Made by a program: the position numbers and the translations under genes
The notes under the pieces: generated by a model
Seen by the model: only the letters and a program-made list of their open reading frames with translations
Told to the model about the DNA's origin: nothing
Database searches by the model: none
DNA from: Octopus sinensis
Lineage: Eukaryota
Direction: 5' to 3'
Length of the DNA: 64,000 nt
Assembly (NCBI RefSeq): GCF_006345805.1
Contig: NC_043006.1
Location: forward strand, 67,022,001 to 67,086,000
Shown: positions 1 through 16,011 of the stretch, in pieces
Position numbering within the stretch: position 1 is the first letter of the stretch
How the letters are laid out: every line of letters begins with the position of its first letter

Positions 1-19
1 TTATTATTATTATTATTAT

Positions 20-390
20 TCAGTTGTATTAATTTTGTAACGTGCTTTCACTTCATTACCGAGCGCAAATCTGAGTTCCTTGGGTATGTGCTGTAGTTTG
101 TTGTGATGATCTTATTTTCACTGTATTGAAAGTGTTTTATGTAGGATGTGTGGTGCCTAGTAGTGCTATTTTCTGTATGTTATATATATTTGTAAGTCCT
201 GGTGTTTTTGTTATGTATTTGTCTGAAAGTCTTTTTCATGACACCTAATGCACCTACTATGACAGGGATTTTTTCTGTTTTTACGCTCCACATTCGAGTT
301 TCCTCTATTTCCAGATCTTTACATTTTGAAAGTTTCTCCGTGTCTTTTGGAGAAACATTGTCATCTGTTGGTATTGATTCTTCGATTAGG

Positions 391-394
<4 letters not shown>
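20..394 (-). mobile_element. R4/Dong-clade LINE, family A, 3' stub (end of RLE domain + 3' UTR) between (TAA)n arrays
   Basis: Minus strand reads YFLIEESIPTDDNVSPKDTEKLSKCKDLEIEETRMW..VIVGALG, homologous to 53938-54320. It has the same 3' UTR (gtaatgaagtgaaagcacg) and a (TAA)n tail. Confidence 0.85.
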
Positions 395-436
<42 letters not shown>

Positions 437-3115
437 GCATCAGAGAACAGAGCATGCCATCAAAGTAACACTGGGTGTAAATTTTACAAAGCCGAGTATA
501 CCTATCATGTCTACCCGTCTGTCCAGGTTACACTAGGCACATGCATCACAACCATCTATGCCGGCATGCTACATTCACTTACTATATTAGTAACGCTTTC
601 CTATTTTGAGTTGCATAATCTACATTGGGAATCTACTTGGTTTTTCTCTGTTCAGGCTTTTATCCAATTAGTCCTTAATGTTTGATCTTGCGCAGCTACT
701 AACACACTTTCTGTCTTTCTCTTCAGCTTTCCTTTCTGCAGCCGTAACCTTGTCTTACTACATCTATTTACTGAAACTATCTTTGGAAATCTAGCCAGGA
801 ACGCCTTCTCCTGCCACACAGATAACTTTTGTTCTTTTTTCTGGTTTTTAAACTCCTTTGGTGTTTTGGTTTCCCCATGTCTTGCTGTGACTGTAACAGC
901 TTTGAATAAACTTTCTTCACTTTTACGTATATAGGAGTCTATATCTATTCTAGCTAACTCCACACAATCTTCCACTGAAATTAACCCTCTCCCGCCTTCC
1001 TTTCTAGGTAAGAGTAATCTTGCTATTCTTGCCCATGTATGTAGTCCTCCATTCATATTGAATTCTTTCCTAGTTCTTCCGTCTAGCTTTGCTAATTCAG
1101 TTTTTGTCCAGTCTACAAAAGCTGCTGAGTATCTAAGAAATGGTACTGCCCAAGTATTTTCAGCCTTCATTAGATTCGGACCATTTAATTTTACTTCATT
1201 AACTTCATTACCCTTCTGATGTACTCCTTCTCAATTTTAGCTTTCATTTCTGTAGTTAGTACTCTGTCAGATTCTAATATTCCTTGATACTCTCTCCTCC
1301 TTTCAATGATTTTAATGTCTGGCCATCTGGTAATGGGATGCCTTCGCTGTTGACTACCTGTCTCCTTCTCATGACTAATACTGCACACCTCTAACTTTGC
1401 CAATTTCCATGTCTATAGCTTTGCTGAAGAGTCTTACAGTCTGTATTAAGGAATCTGTTTTTCATTCTTACTAAAATGCTTCAGGTCATCTATGTAGAGC
1501 AAATGGTTAATTTTTCAATTACTGGTTCTGAACTGATACCCTGCCTTTGCCTTCCTTAATACTAAACTGAGGGGGAGCAAACATAAAACAAATATTAAAA
1601 GAGACACCGAGTCCCCCTGAAAAATTCCTCGTCTGATATTAACATTCTCTAAGAGTGTGTCTCATGAGTAGAAATCTACTTTCCATTTCTTCATGCTACA
1701 GCTAATTAATTCTCTTATGTTGTATAGTCAAATATTCACTTATCCATGAGTTTGGGATCATATCATAGGATTTCCTATAACCTATCCATGCTATTGTTAG
1801 ATCTTTCTTTTTAGATTTTATTTCATTTAGAACTGCCTTCTCTAGGTATAATAGATCATGCGTTCCTCTAGCCTTCTTCCTGCAATCTTTCTCTTATTCT
1901 GGTAGTAACTTTTGGTTGTCAAGGTGCTCTAAATGTTTCCTGAAAGCATTCCTGTTAACAGTTTCCCCACTGATAGTAAGCAAATGATTGGTCTATAGTT
2001 GCAAGCTGTATTACTCTTGCTCTTATCCTTTATAATGAGGTATTGTCCTCCCTATAGTCATACAATCTGGTATTATTCCTCCATTAAGGCAATCCTAAAT
2101 TGTTCCTGCATCGTCCCATGTAAACTACTGCATTTCTTTAGCCAGTACCCTTGAACTGAGTCTGGTCCTGGGCCCATCTAATTCGGCATTTTTCCTACAC
2201 TTCACTCATTAACGCACTAATTAATCTTAGATCTGGCTGCTTCTCACTCACTACTTCTTCCATCACTTTCTTTAATCATACTGCATCCCCAATACGAATG
2301 ACTGGTTTATCCTAAATATTACTCCAAAGCCTTCTAGCTTCTTCTGCATTTGGTTTCCCATCTTCAGTACTTCGTTTTCCACTATTTATTTGGTAATATA
2401 ATCTACTCTGGCCTGTATCAAATAATCTATTCTGTTGATATTGATCTATTCTTTTCTGATATCTGGAAAGCTTGCCTGCTACTGATACGTCCCAAATCCT
2501 TTCTCTTTGACTAAGTATCTTTCCTCGAGGCAAGATTTGCGTCTTGTTTCCTAACTAGTTTTTTTTGCATGTTTCTATTCTACTCAGATCTTGCCTTCAC
2601 TTTATTTTGTAGTCTTCTTTTCCACATTTGTTCTTTTTTAATCTTTCCCTGTGAGATATCTAATCTTCCTGCATAAATCAATAAGTTAATGTCTTCTATA
2701 TTTTAGTATTTAGCCTACAGATAACCGAATCTACTTTCCTGGTCATTTCTTGTAGCTTCCTTCTGTGGATGGCTTTAATGCTGGCAATATTTTCTTATTT
2801 CTTTACTCATTACTTGCTGCATGTCATCTAAAATCTTCCGATCTTCTTCGTTAAAATCACTTAAGTCGTTGATGCAAGTGGTCCCTTCCTCATCGGAAGC
2901 GCTATTACTATATTTTCCTTTAGGTTCTTCTTTGGTTTGAGATGTATCTCTTATGTTTTTGTCTTTCCCACTGCTTGGTGATTCTTTTCCAGTTCTCTTG
3001 TGATTTTTTCTACCTCCAATTCTGTCAGTCACTTTCTTCTCTTAATAGCATTATCTTGATCAACTAATCTCTGCTCAGTCACCTTACACTTACCCCTTCT
3101 CTAACCAGAGTGCTA
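437..3115 (-). mobile_element. Degraded R4/Dong-clade LINE (family C): N-terminal region, RT, thumb, CCHC knuckle; RLE apparently deleted
   Basis: ORF 652-1170 (WAVPFLRYSA..GGRGLISVEDCV..AAQDQTLRTNWIK). Frameshifted RT motifs include YMDDLK-like at ~1430 and a CRLCNSK.ESVTNIVSEC knuckle at ~540-600. Many stops; ends in (TAA)n. Confidence 0.8.
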
Positions 3116-3560
3116 ACATTCGTTTTGTCCATGTATTCTCATTCCAAGAAGGTATTCTTTTCTCTTCTCAGCTCTTTGGTTAAGCACTTCTTTGGCCCAT
3201 CATTTCACCTGCATTTACGCCTACATCTTTCGCGGCATATTGCAGCAGGTCGTCATCGCTATTTATCAATCACTCGGCAAGCGTTTTCCTTTCACTCCTT
3301 ATACAATGGTCTACACTAATTAGTCCTCTGCCACCATTCTTTCCTTTCATATACGGTCTGTTTACGTTTTCTTTGGGTATAGCGCCTCATGCAGCATCAC
3401 CAGCTTTCTTGTTCTTCTATCCAGGGTTGATATTTCTTCCTTAGTCCATTTGAGGATAGACGCACTATATCTGACCACTGCAACTGCCCAGAAATTCATT
3501 ACGGTAATCAATTTTTTGGGATTCAGGATGAATTTCAGCACCATCTTCACCCTTTTTAGA
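3116..3560 (-). mobile_element. Internal fragment of another R4/Dong-type LINE (post-RT thumb region)
   Basis: ORF 3362-3550 (NFWAVAVVRYSASILKWTKEEISTLDRRTRKL) continues as ..KNGGRGLISVDHCIRSE..MRIHGQ. It abuts the 5' part of the family C copy with no TAA spacer. Confidence 0.7.
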
Positions 3561-3562
3561 TT

Positions 3563-3581
3563 ATTATCATTATTATTATTA

Positions 3582-3658
<77 letters not shown>

Positions 3659-3660
3659 AT
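3563..3660. repeat. (TAA)n microsatellite separating stacked R4/Dong insertions
   Basis: Direct inspection. Confidence 0.95.
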
Positions 3661-3859
3661 TGCCTGCGCACAGCTTCTAACGCTGGAGATGTACTACAGT
3701 GTCAGCTGTTCACTACCAGTGAACTAAGGTAACACCTCTTATTTTCCGAGCACCTTCCGGAGTATTCGAGCGATTCCAATCAGTGCTGTTTTCTGCAAGT
3801 CCTCTACCCTTATTGCTGCCCTTATTTGTTCCATGTACTTCTTAAGACTTTTACTCACC

Positions 3860-3860
<1 letters not shown>
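3661..3860 (-). mobile_element. R4/Dong-clade LINE family B, 3' stub
   Basis: Reverse complement encodes VSKSLKKYMEQIRAAIRVEDLQKTALIGIARILRKVL, followed by a 3' UTR (..gtacatctccagcgttagaagctgtgc) shared with 53485-53713. (TAA)n on both sides. Confidence 0.8.
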
Positions 3861-3916
<56 letters not shown>

Positions 3917-5360
3917 CATCATCATCATTATCATCATCATTATTATTCTGCGTGACGTGAACGTACATGTTTTGAACCACTCTGGGGAAACTGAATTAGT
4001 TCAAAGTTACACCAGATAACTATATTCCTTTCTTTTAGGATTATTTGGATTATTTGGCAAGCTGTCGACTTCAAATTATCAGGATATCTCAGAAAGTACT
4101 TGAGAAAGATGAAATTACTGCTTTTTGATATAATTTTCATTTTTCTGAAAATTATTTATTTTTCGTGTGTTTACATTCTGTTCATTGTTAGTTTTTCTAC
4201 TAGACAAGCAGGAACTAGTTGCTTCTCTAATAGAATAAAGATCGAAATACTGGATATGCTCGACAACATACCATAATTTTTGAATGCAAGAAAAAAAACG
4301 AATTTTTAATGCAAGAAAAAACGAATTTTTTAAATAAATAAACACAACAGATTTCAAATATATAACACTTAAACAAAATCATTGACAATGGACCAAATTT
4401 GCATTCACAAACATAGTCATAATTCGACAACCAAAAATATAATCTTGTGCAAGACAGAGTCAGAATGTTTAAGAACTATTCAAATTTGCACGATATTAGC
4501 AACAACAGTAACAACATATATACTAACATTACTGGACAAAGAAAGATTTCATTCATTGGAAGAATCCAGTTAAAGCTAGAGTTGTGGCAGTGATGCGTCA
4601 CAAAAGTGTGTGCTTTTTTGCCTGATTAATCCGTTCTTGAACAAGTAAATAGACAGCCGATATATTTGTGGTTCGCAAATTCTGCAGGTGGATGTTATAT
4701 GCTGTTAAAATGAGAAATAAGGGAAAAAATAAAAGAAACACTTATGGATTAACAACGTTGATAAAAAGTCGGTATACGAAACTGTGCGGATTGTGTTTTG
4801 CAAAAAAAGGTGAGGTCCAGATACCAAACAAAAAAAAACAGAGAACAGACCGCATTAATGCGCTACATATTTTTCCATTGGAGTCACAAAAATATTGCTT
4901 ACTACCTGTAAGTTAAAACGGCATCCCTTAAGAGTAGGCTTAAGGCAGTTATAACTAATCTAAATTGATGTAAATTTAGTTTATCTTTACAATATATCCA
5001 ATAAGCTGACCTGACAAATTTTTATTCCAGTTTGAAAAGAACTTTGAACACATCTGTTCAAACTTCAAAGTTAAAAGATATGTACAAAGTTCTGTCTATT
5101 GTAAACAGTGTACATGATATCTATAGGCAAAGTTTATCGAGAAAATATATCCATAGTATCTTACCATTAAGACTTAAAAGTTATTTTACTGGGAAAAGAA
5201 ACCAAAGTAATGGAGATGAAAAGGTGCACCCATCATTGATGATGGTGAACCCATCGGACATGGAAGTTAGAGAAACTAGAGCTTAGAGCTTTATACTTCT
5301 TTGAAATTAAGAAAAAATCTTAAAATTTCTGCAATCTACATTGTATACAACCCCCAACAC

Positions 5361-5391
<31 letters not shown>

Positions 5392-5466
5392 TGTATGTAT
5401 GTATGTATGTATGTATGTATGTATGTATGCATGTATGTATGTATGCATGCATGTGTGTGTATAACC

Positions 5467-5625
5467 GTAGGAGTGGGGGGTGATAAGTAGCTTGCTTACA
5501 AACCTCATGGTTGCGGGTTCAGTCCCACTGCATGGCACCTTGGGCAAGTGTCTTCTACTATAGTCTCGGGCCGACCAAAGCCTTGTGAGTGGGTTTGGTA
5601 GACGGAAACTGAAAGAAGCCCATCG

Positions 5626-5660
<35 letters not shown>

Positions 5661-5880
5661 TGTGCGTGTGTATATGTTTGTGTGTCTGTGTTTGTCCCCC
5701 CAATATCGCTTGACAACCGCTGCTGGTGTGTTTACGTTCCCGTAACCTAGCGTTTCAGCAAAATTGACCGATTGAATAGGTACTAGGCTTACAAAGAATA
5801 AGTCCTGGTGTCGATTTGCTCGACTAAAAGGCAGTACTCTAGCATGGCTGCAGTCAAATGACTGAAACAGGTAAAAGAGA
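5467..5880 (+). mobile_element. tRNA-derived SINE family 1 (abundant octopus-type SINE with internal microsatellite), full length
   Basis: tRNA-like head with B box (ggttcagtccc), CORE-like ccttgggcaagtgtctt, internal (TA)/(TG) tract, 3' end gactgaaacaggtaaaagag. More than 15 related copies in the window. Confidence 0.8.
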
Positions 5881-5888
5881 ATAAAAAG

Positions 5889-5919
<31 letters not shown>

Positions 5920-6004
5920 AGAGCTTACGAAAACACAAAAGACGAAGACAGGTGGTTTACAAAACAAACAGATGTATTAGTATAACGCTCAGGAATAGAA
6001 AAAG

Positions 6005-6046
6005 TCTTTTACGTTTCGAGCCTACGCTCATCTACAGAAAGGGACA
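6005..6046 (-). ncRNA. Minimal type I hammerhead ribozyme motif (Penelope-type), A6U core variant
   Basis: GUCCCUUU-CUGUAGA-U-[GAGC GUAG GCUC]-GAAA-CGUA-AAAGAC. Perfect stem II, palindromic ACGU stem III, stem I UUU/AAA + GUC/GAC. Confidence 0.6.
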
Positions 6047-6218
6047 CAGAAAAAACAATGAGAGAAACAAGGAGAGAAAAAAATGTGTGTAGTGGCTAAC
6101 GATCTACATATATATATATAGTTAATCCAAACAGGAAGAAAGATAAAACACAACAACGCGTGGAGGTGGAAGAAGCATAGTGTTTTTGGACGCTCAGGAA
6201 AGGAAAGAAAGAAGGAAG

Positions 6219-6253
6219 ATTTAACGTTTCGCGCGGGGCTTTTCGTCAGAAAT
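6219..6253 (-). ncRNA. Minimal type I hammerhead ribozyme motif, intact core, decayed stem II
   Basis: AUUU-CUGACGA-A-[AAGC CCC GCGC]-GAAA-CGUU-AAAU. Confidence 0.55.
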
Positions 6254-7255
6254 ATAGAAAAATGGAAAATTCCAAGGAAGGGAAGACGGAGAAAGAAACG
6301 ATACACACGCGGTTGCATATTAAAATGACCGGAAGGGAATGGGTGAAGAAAATATTCTTTCAAAGACAGGAGAGTGCAAGTGGAGGAGGTATGTATGTGT
6401 ATGTGTGGGTATGTGCGTGCGTGTAGGTCTGTGTGTGTAATGATAGCACGTGTGTGTGTGTGCTTGTGGCTGTTTATCTATGTGTGTGGTTGAGCTTAAT
6501 ATCGTTTAAGGTCATAGGAAGAATTTATAGTAAGAATTTTGGTAGGAGTGGCTGCCTGTTGTGTGTCTACCTACACATATTCGTAGGAGAATGGTCAGTT
6601 GAAGGTACTGGTAGTTTGAATTATGTGTGTGTGTGTGCGTGTATGTATATGTAGTGTGTGTGTGTGTTATGTTTGCAGTGTATATATATATATATAAACA
6701 AAGTAAACTTGCACGGTACTTCACGAGTGAAAATATATAGGAAAGAGGGTTTGAAAATGCAGAGGTCTTTTAAAGATGTTTATTGTTTTGACCGGTTTCA
6801 CTTTCTTTAAAAAAAGATTATTAAAAGTAAAATGTAACGCTTTCTATAAGATTTGTTATACTAAAAAATCTTTATCATAAAATACAGTCTTTGATAATGA
6901 TAAGAAAATGTTAAAAAATAGAATCTTTGACAATGATAAGCAAATGTTAATCTGGGTTCTTTGTTAAAACTCTTTACATGAAAGTGTTCAAAATAGGTAA
7001 CAAAATAAATTTATAATTATTTTAAGTTCATCAAAAATCATGGTTGTATAGAAGCATATATACAGAAAGAATCGTAAGACCTCTGCATTTACAAACCTTC
7101 TTACCTATATATATATATATGGTGTCCTCAAGATGAGGACACCGTCCGTCTATTGTAAACAGTGTACATGATGTAAGTTTCTTATTTCTGAAATATAGAA
7201 TTGTCGACAGAAAAATAGCATAGCTCCGTACCTATCTTTCATAAAGATACATGTA

Positions 7256-7271
7256 TAGATAGATAGATAGG

Positions 7272-7360
<89 letters not shown>
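7256..7360. repeat. (GATA)n/(TATC)n array at the 3' flank of the Tx1-like LINE
   Basis: Direct inspection. Confidence 0.95.
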
Positions 7361-9690
<2,330 letters not shown>

Positions 9691-11266
9691 CATACATACA
9701 TACATACATGCATAGAAGCATATTACTAAATGAAATGTACTTAAAAACAAGCGAGTTACAAATAGGATCATCTCTGTACGGGCGGTAAAGAGGCATCATG
9801 ATGGCTCCTCTGTCCCGCGTCACTCCTTGTGTTGGAACGTGAATCATCCATAATCACCTGGACGTAGTTTCTGCAAATAGCAACCCGTATGTTTTGCAAG
9901 GATGTTCCACTGGCAATTATATATTTTGTTGATTTTGTTATTATTTCTTGAACCATTCAAGTATGTTCTGATCTCTCTTGATTTCTTTCATAAAAAAAAA
10001 ATTATTTGATCTACTGTTTTTAACCAAATGCCATCTCAGCGCTCAAAATAATTTGCTTAAATTCCTAAATCTTCCTTGTTTCATCTATATTTCTCATCAA
10101 ATCGCTTATTCACACAATATTACTTTTGCAGCATATTCTAACGTTAGTTCCTAAATTAATAGTTTGCAATCTTTTATCGAGATATATTAATTTAATTTAA
10201 AGTAAACCCCTTAATTAATATTTGCGTTTTTTTTATTATTATTATTCAAATACGTTTATTCAACACAATTATTTATTTACACCATTTTAGATTTTCCTCC
10301 TAAATTTACAATCTTCTCTCTTCATCTTATATTCTTTTATGTCATTGTAGATTATTAACTGTTGAATAATGTGTCATTGATGTTGTTTAGCGATACATAC
10401 ATAATCACCTTAATATTAATTAATATTTCCTCATTATTAATCAAACATATCATATCGTCTGCTAAAATCTCTTTCAATGTTAATCTAACAAGTTATTCCC
10501 CTCTACACTGGAGATCTTAAAGTGTTTTAAGAACGCGCTCACTGAAATTACTAAATTATTTAGAAACCCTATTTCAAAATTTACTCACAATGTTTGCCCC
10601 GCAAATCAATAACGTGAATTTCTTCTTTATTTCATTATTAACTATTTTCACCTGATACTCCGCCTATATCCATATAAGCTATTCTATAACTTCGCACAAG
10701 ATTCTTTTATCTTTTATCTGTTTCCTTTTACTTGCTTCAGTCATTCAGGCTATGGCCATTCTGGGGCACAGCTTGGACGAGTTTTAGTTGAAATTTTGAG
10801 ATACTTTCAATCATTGTCCGTCGTCTCATAAGAATTTTCCTCTCCCTAGAGATTATATTTTTGTGTGTGTTAGCCTTGTGCTCTAGGAAAAATTTGTAGC
10901 ATATGGTTTAGATTGCAGATATGAACTCTTTAAGTTCCATGTTGATGTCTGATATGGAAAGACATTTAGGCCAATCCTGCTTGAGGATATCTTAATCGAT
11001 TGGTAATTAACTTTGTGGAAGTTCAGATTGCAGAGATTATATATAGATACACACACACTCTCTCTCCACACACACACACGCACACACACACACACACACA
11101 CACAAGCACACATACACACACACGGACAGACACACAAACACATACACACATACATATGTATATATACATATATCTACATATATGTATATGCATATATAAA
11201 TATATATATATATATATATTGATAGATATACACACACACATATATATATATCATACATACATACAT

Positions 11267-11318
<52 letters not shown>

Positions 11319-11542
11319 AGATAAGTCCAGTAAAATTTAGATTCAGATGAATATGGTACTTAAATTGAAGGCACCAGAATTTAGTATGGTATTATCCATA
11401 CAATTTAAAACAAGGTGATTATAATTTAAAATAAGATTATTATAATCACCTTATTTTAAATTACATTGATAGATAAAAAGACAGACAGACAAGCAGACAA
11501 ACAGACAGACAGACAAACAGGTAGACGGATGGAGTGAAAGTC

Positions 11543-11982
<440 letters not shown>

Positions 11983-12107
11983 ATATCATTTTCTCGAATC
12001 TAGAATGTATAATTTTCACGTTCATATTTGAATTTTGTGCGTTTCAATAATTTTTCTGTTTTTACTCATTCGAATTTGATGGACATATAGCAGGAAATAT
12101 GTAGTGA

Positions 12108-12173
12108 GACTTTTATTGATGTACCAGAAGAGACCCAAAACGGGTCGAAACATGTGTTGTACCCAATAAAGTC
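12108..12173 (+). ncRNA. Type I hammerhead ribozyme motif with U4A core substitution
   Basis: GACUUUUAUUGAUGUAC-CAGAAGA-[GACCC AAAAC GGGUC]-GAAA-C AUGU G-UU-GUACCCAAUAAAGUC. Long stem I, perfect 5-bp stem II, GUU triplet. Confidence 0.7.
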
Positions 12174-12344
12174 TATTACACATTCCATCTCCTATTTTAT
12201 TAATACTGTTACCCCAACCGCCACTACTAAGTTCCTGCAATAAATCTACGGATAACAACAGGTAATCGAAATTGTGTCGGCGCTTTACTTATCATTTATT
12301 TATATATTTTGTATAATTTCTCCATTATATATATATACAAAACG

Positions 12345-12674
12345 CCCCTGGTGCTGAGTTGCCAAACATTTAAACCAAATTTTCTCAAAACAACTTATCC
12401 AACCGTCCCATAGGCCTCCCCATCGAGAAACACTGATTTAACCTAAATTTGAGACACCGTGCATTTTTCTCGCGTGCCCGTAGTATCGATCGCAACACCT
12501 GATGTACTTGCCCGTAGAAATGCACCTTCCCACAGCTTTATTGATCGCATTCTCACCTGGAATCTAATTTTGTAATTTTTTTAAGACTTATACACGCCCT
12601 GATACCATCGGTATTTACATATCAAATTTGAGCTCGATCGGATGGAGGATACCAGAGATCCTAGAAGATACACA

Positions 12675-12715
<41 letters not shown>

Positions 12716-12753
12716 ACATACACACACACACAGAACGGATTTTATATAATAGA
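12345..12753 (-). mobile_element. Non-autonomous Helitron-like element, 5' part
   Basis: Begins A|TCTATTATATAAAA followed by a (GT)n tract, like the Helitrons at 31664 and 43321. Homologous to 16643-17013. No 3' CTAG seen. Confidence 0.55.
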
Positions 12754-13240
12754 TATACATATATGCATACTCTTGCTCCTCATCTACATAAAACATTGCT
12801 GGAAGATGTCCCCATTGCCTTATTTCTCCATCAATATATTTACATCTAAGATGCCCTAACCAATGGACGTTCACTCTCCTGTTTTATTCTATTTATAATT
12901 TATTCATTATTTTTATATTCATCAAATAATTTATGTGCCTCATTACATGTCTGTGTGCTTCTCTTTAAATATATCCCGGAGTTTAAAAGACCAAGAAAGC
13001 CAAGGGAATTATGACTTTTGCTATAACTAGCAAATAAAGACAAATAGAATTATGACGATGTATATGTATGTATGCTTGAATGTATTTTTCTATGTGTATA
13101 TATATATATATTATATATATATATATTATATATATATATATAATATATATATACATAGAAAAATACATTCAAGCATACATACATATACACACACATATAG
13201 ATAGATAGATAGATAGATAGATATAGATAGATAGATAGAG

Positions 13241-13295
<55 letters not shown>

Positions 13296-13564
13296 CTATA
13301 TATTTACAAATCTATCTTTATATTTACTTTGCTCACCACCCATTTAAAATATACATACATACATACTTATGCACATACATACGCACGTTCACGCATGTAT
13401 ACACACAAATCTAAAGAGGCAGAAATGTTTGTGTGTGGTGTGTATGTGTGTATGTGTGTATTTATTGATTTGTTTGTTTATACAAACTTTCCCTGTCAGT
13501 ATGTTTATAGAAATATTAATCTTTATGTGTATCTGCAAACGAACTGTACATATATACGAGATAT

Positions 13565-13634
<70 letters not shown>

Positions 13635-13696
13635 ATATATATGTGTGTGTGCGTGTGTGTGTGTGTGTGTGTGTAGATAGATAGATAGATAGATAT

Positions 13697-13754
<58 letters not shown>

Positions 13755-13758
13755 TGAG

Positions 13759-13842
<84 letters not shown>

Positions 13843-14519
13843 GTAAGATTAGAGGAGGACATATTAAGTTAGAATAGATTCTGGGGTAGACAAAGAAAAT
13901 GCGAGATTATTATTTTCTAATTATAATATCTAATCAAAACAATATTAGTCACGTGACATCAATTTAGCCTTATTATACCATGACCCTTTAGTATTGAATG
14001 TCGTCTTGAGAACAAAACAGTCATTCGGCTTTATTCTATTTCTTCGAGGGTTTTATTTGATTTGAAAATCAATCAGAGATATCAATAGCTAATACTTCAA
14101 ACGATCGCTCCCAGCAGTTCTTAATATTTGAGTGCAATGTTTTCGGTAATTTTTGAAAATAAGTATGGAGGAGGTGGTGTTTGTGGTAGTGGGTGACTGT
14201 GTAACACCAGCAGATACAGGAAACAAAAGCAGTATATATCATGCTCTCCACACCGTCACGCAAGGAAAATATATAAGCTTAATGAATGATGGTAGCTGTA
14301 TATTTATATGTGTGCGTGTGTGTGTGTGTATGTGTGTGCCTGTGCATGCGTACATGTATACTTATATACGCTATATATGTATAGATCAATATAGTATGTA
14401 AATTTATATGTTAGTTTCTTTTCTGTGGTTATATTTATCATACGGAAAAATTTATAATAGAAAACCCTTGAACATATATATATATATATATATATGCATA
14501 TATATATATATATAATATA

Positions 14520-14566
<47 letters not shown>

Positions 14567-15221
14567 GTTGAAAAGGGATGCGTGGAGTTCGATCATATAA
14601 TAATATAAATAATATATAATATAATATGCATATATACACATATATATATACATACCTACATATAAAGATATATATATATAAGTATATGCGTATATGTGTC
14701 TGTGTGTGTACATATATATATAGATATATGTATGCGTAAACATATATATATATATATATATACGTATATGTATACACATATACATACATATATTCATCTA
14801 TATACACACAGAGACTCGTGTAAGCTTCTATCGATACATATATACACAGATACAAAGCTACACACGTGCACAAATGCATGTGTCTGTGTGAGTATGTGTG
14901 TGAAAGAGAAAGAGGAGAGAGAGAAAGAGAGAGGGAGAGACGGAGAGAAGGGGTGTATTCAGTGATTCGTTCTTTCATTGAGATCAAGTTTTACGATTAT
15001 TCGATCACAAATGCGGTCAGCAATGAAAAACATATCTTTATCCAAGATGACGCCTTTCCCTCTTTAGAATACAGATCAACATCGGCCGCGGGAATCACTC
15101 GTAAGGGGCGATAAATCGATACATTCGTGCAAACTTAAAAGAATAAAAATATATATTCACAGCCGGTTTTTATTTTCTAAGTTTTTCTTATATAAATACA
15201 AAGCTAATATTTCGAGAAGAG

Positions 15222-15390
15222 GAATAATCGATTACATTGACCTCAGTAGTCCACTGGTATTCATGGTTTTACAGGCGGCGCCACGATGAAAAGGAAGGTC
15301 AGCCTCGGCGGAATTTGAAATGAAAACGTAAACAGCCAAAAGAATTACTGCATATTGGCCAATGCTCTACCGATTCCACCAGCTCGCAGC
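15222..15390 (-). mobile_element. SINE family 2, degenerate copy
   Basis: Reverse complement matches ..tcaaattccgccgagg..ctttc..; homologous to 47078-47304. Confidence 0.6.
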
Positions 15391-16011
15391 ATTTTGTTTT
15401 TATTTAAGAAATGTAACGAATACCTACGAATGATCTAGGCTAAATTGATATTTAGTAATTATCGAAAAGGTAAAAGTGCATACAATTGGTTTGAATAAAT
15501 GAGATCTAGTTCTAACTTCGAAAACCGCGGTTTCTGCCTCATCTTTGTGGATCACAGTGATTGTTCTGCAGTTAATCCAACGTATAGTTTATTAAGCCCA
15601 ACAACTTGTAAACTAGGGATAGGCAGCAAACATTTTCGGTCTTAGAAATACGTAAATATGACAAGTTACACGTTTATCACAACGGAATTGCAGGAGAGCC
15701 ATTATTTAGAAGTTTAATATTATTAAATATGATTCCAACTCCGGATTCCTTTATTTCGATATTATAGAATTTTACTCATCTGCTTGTAAAAAAAAAAGTT
15801 TTATCCTGAAAGCTCTAGAATTTGAAAAAAAAGAGCATACGCTGTCATAACCTATATTGATATCTATAATGTAATGAATAATAAGGAATTCACTCCCGTT
15901 TTATCGCAATGCCTTCTGGGTAAAGATATAAGGAAATGAAATTTTTCGTGTATCAATGGGTAGCTACGGCGAAGCTGAACTTTTGGATTTGTTCAGATTA
16001 TATATAGGTAC

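Larger units (their letters stand above)
5915..6365 (-). mobile_element. Penelope-like element terminal-repeat fragment carrying two minimal hammerheads
   Basis: Two hammerhead motifs with palindromic ACGU stem III, 212 nt apart, flanked by (TA)n. No ORF. Confidence 0.55.
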
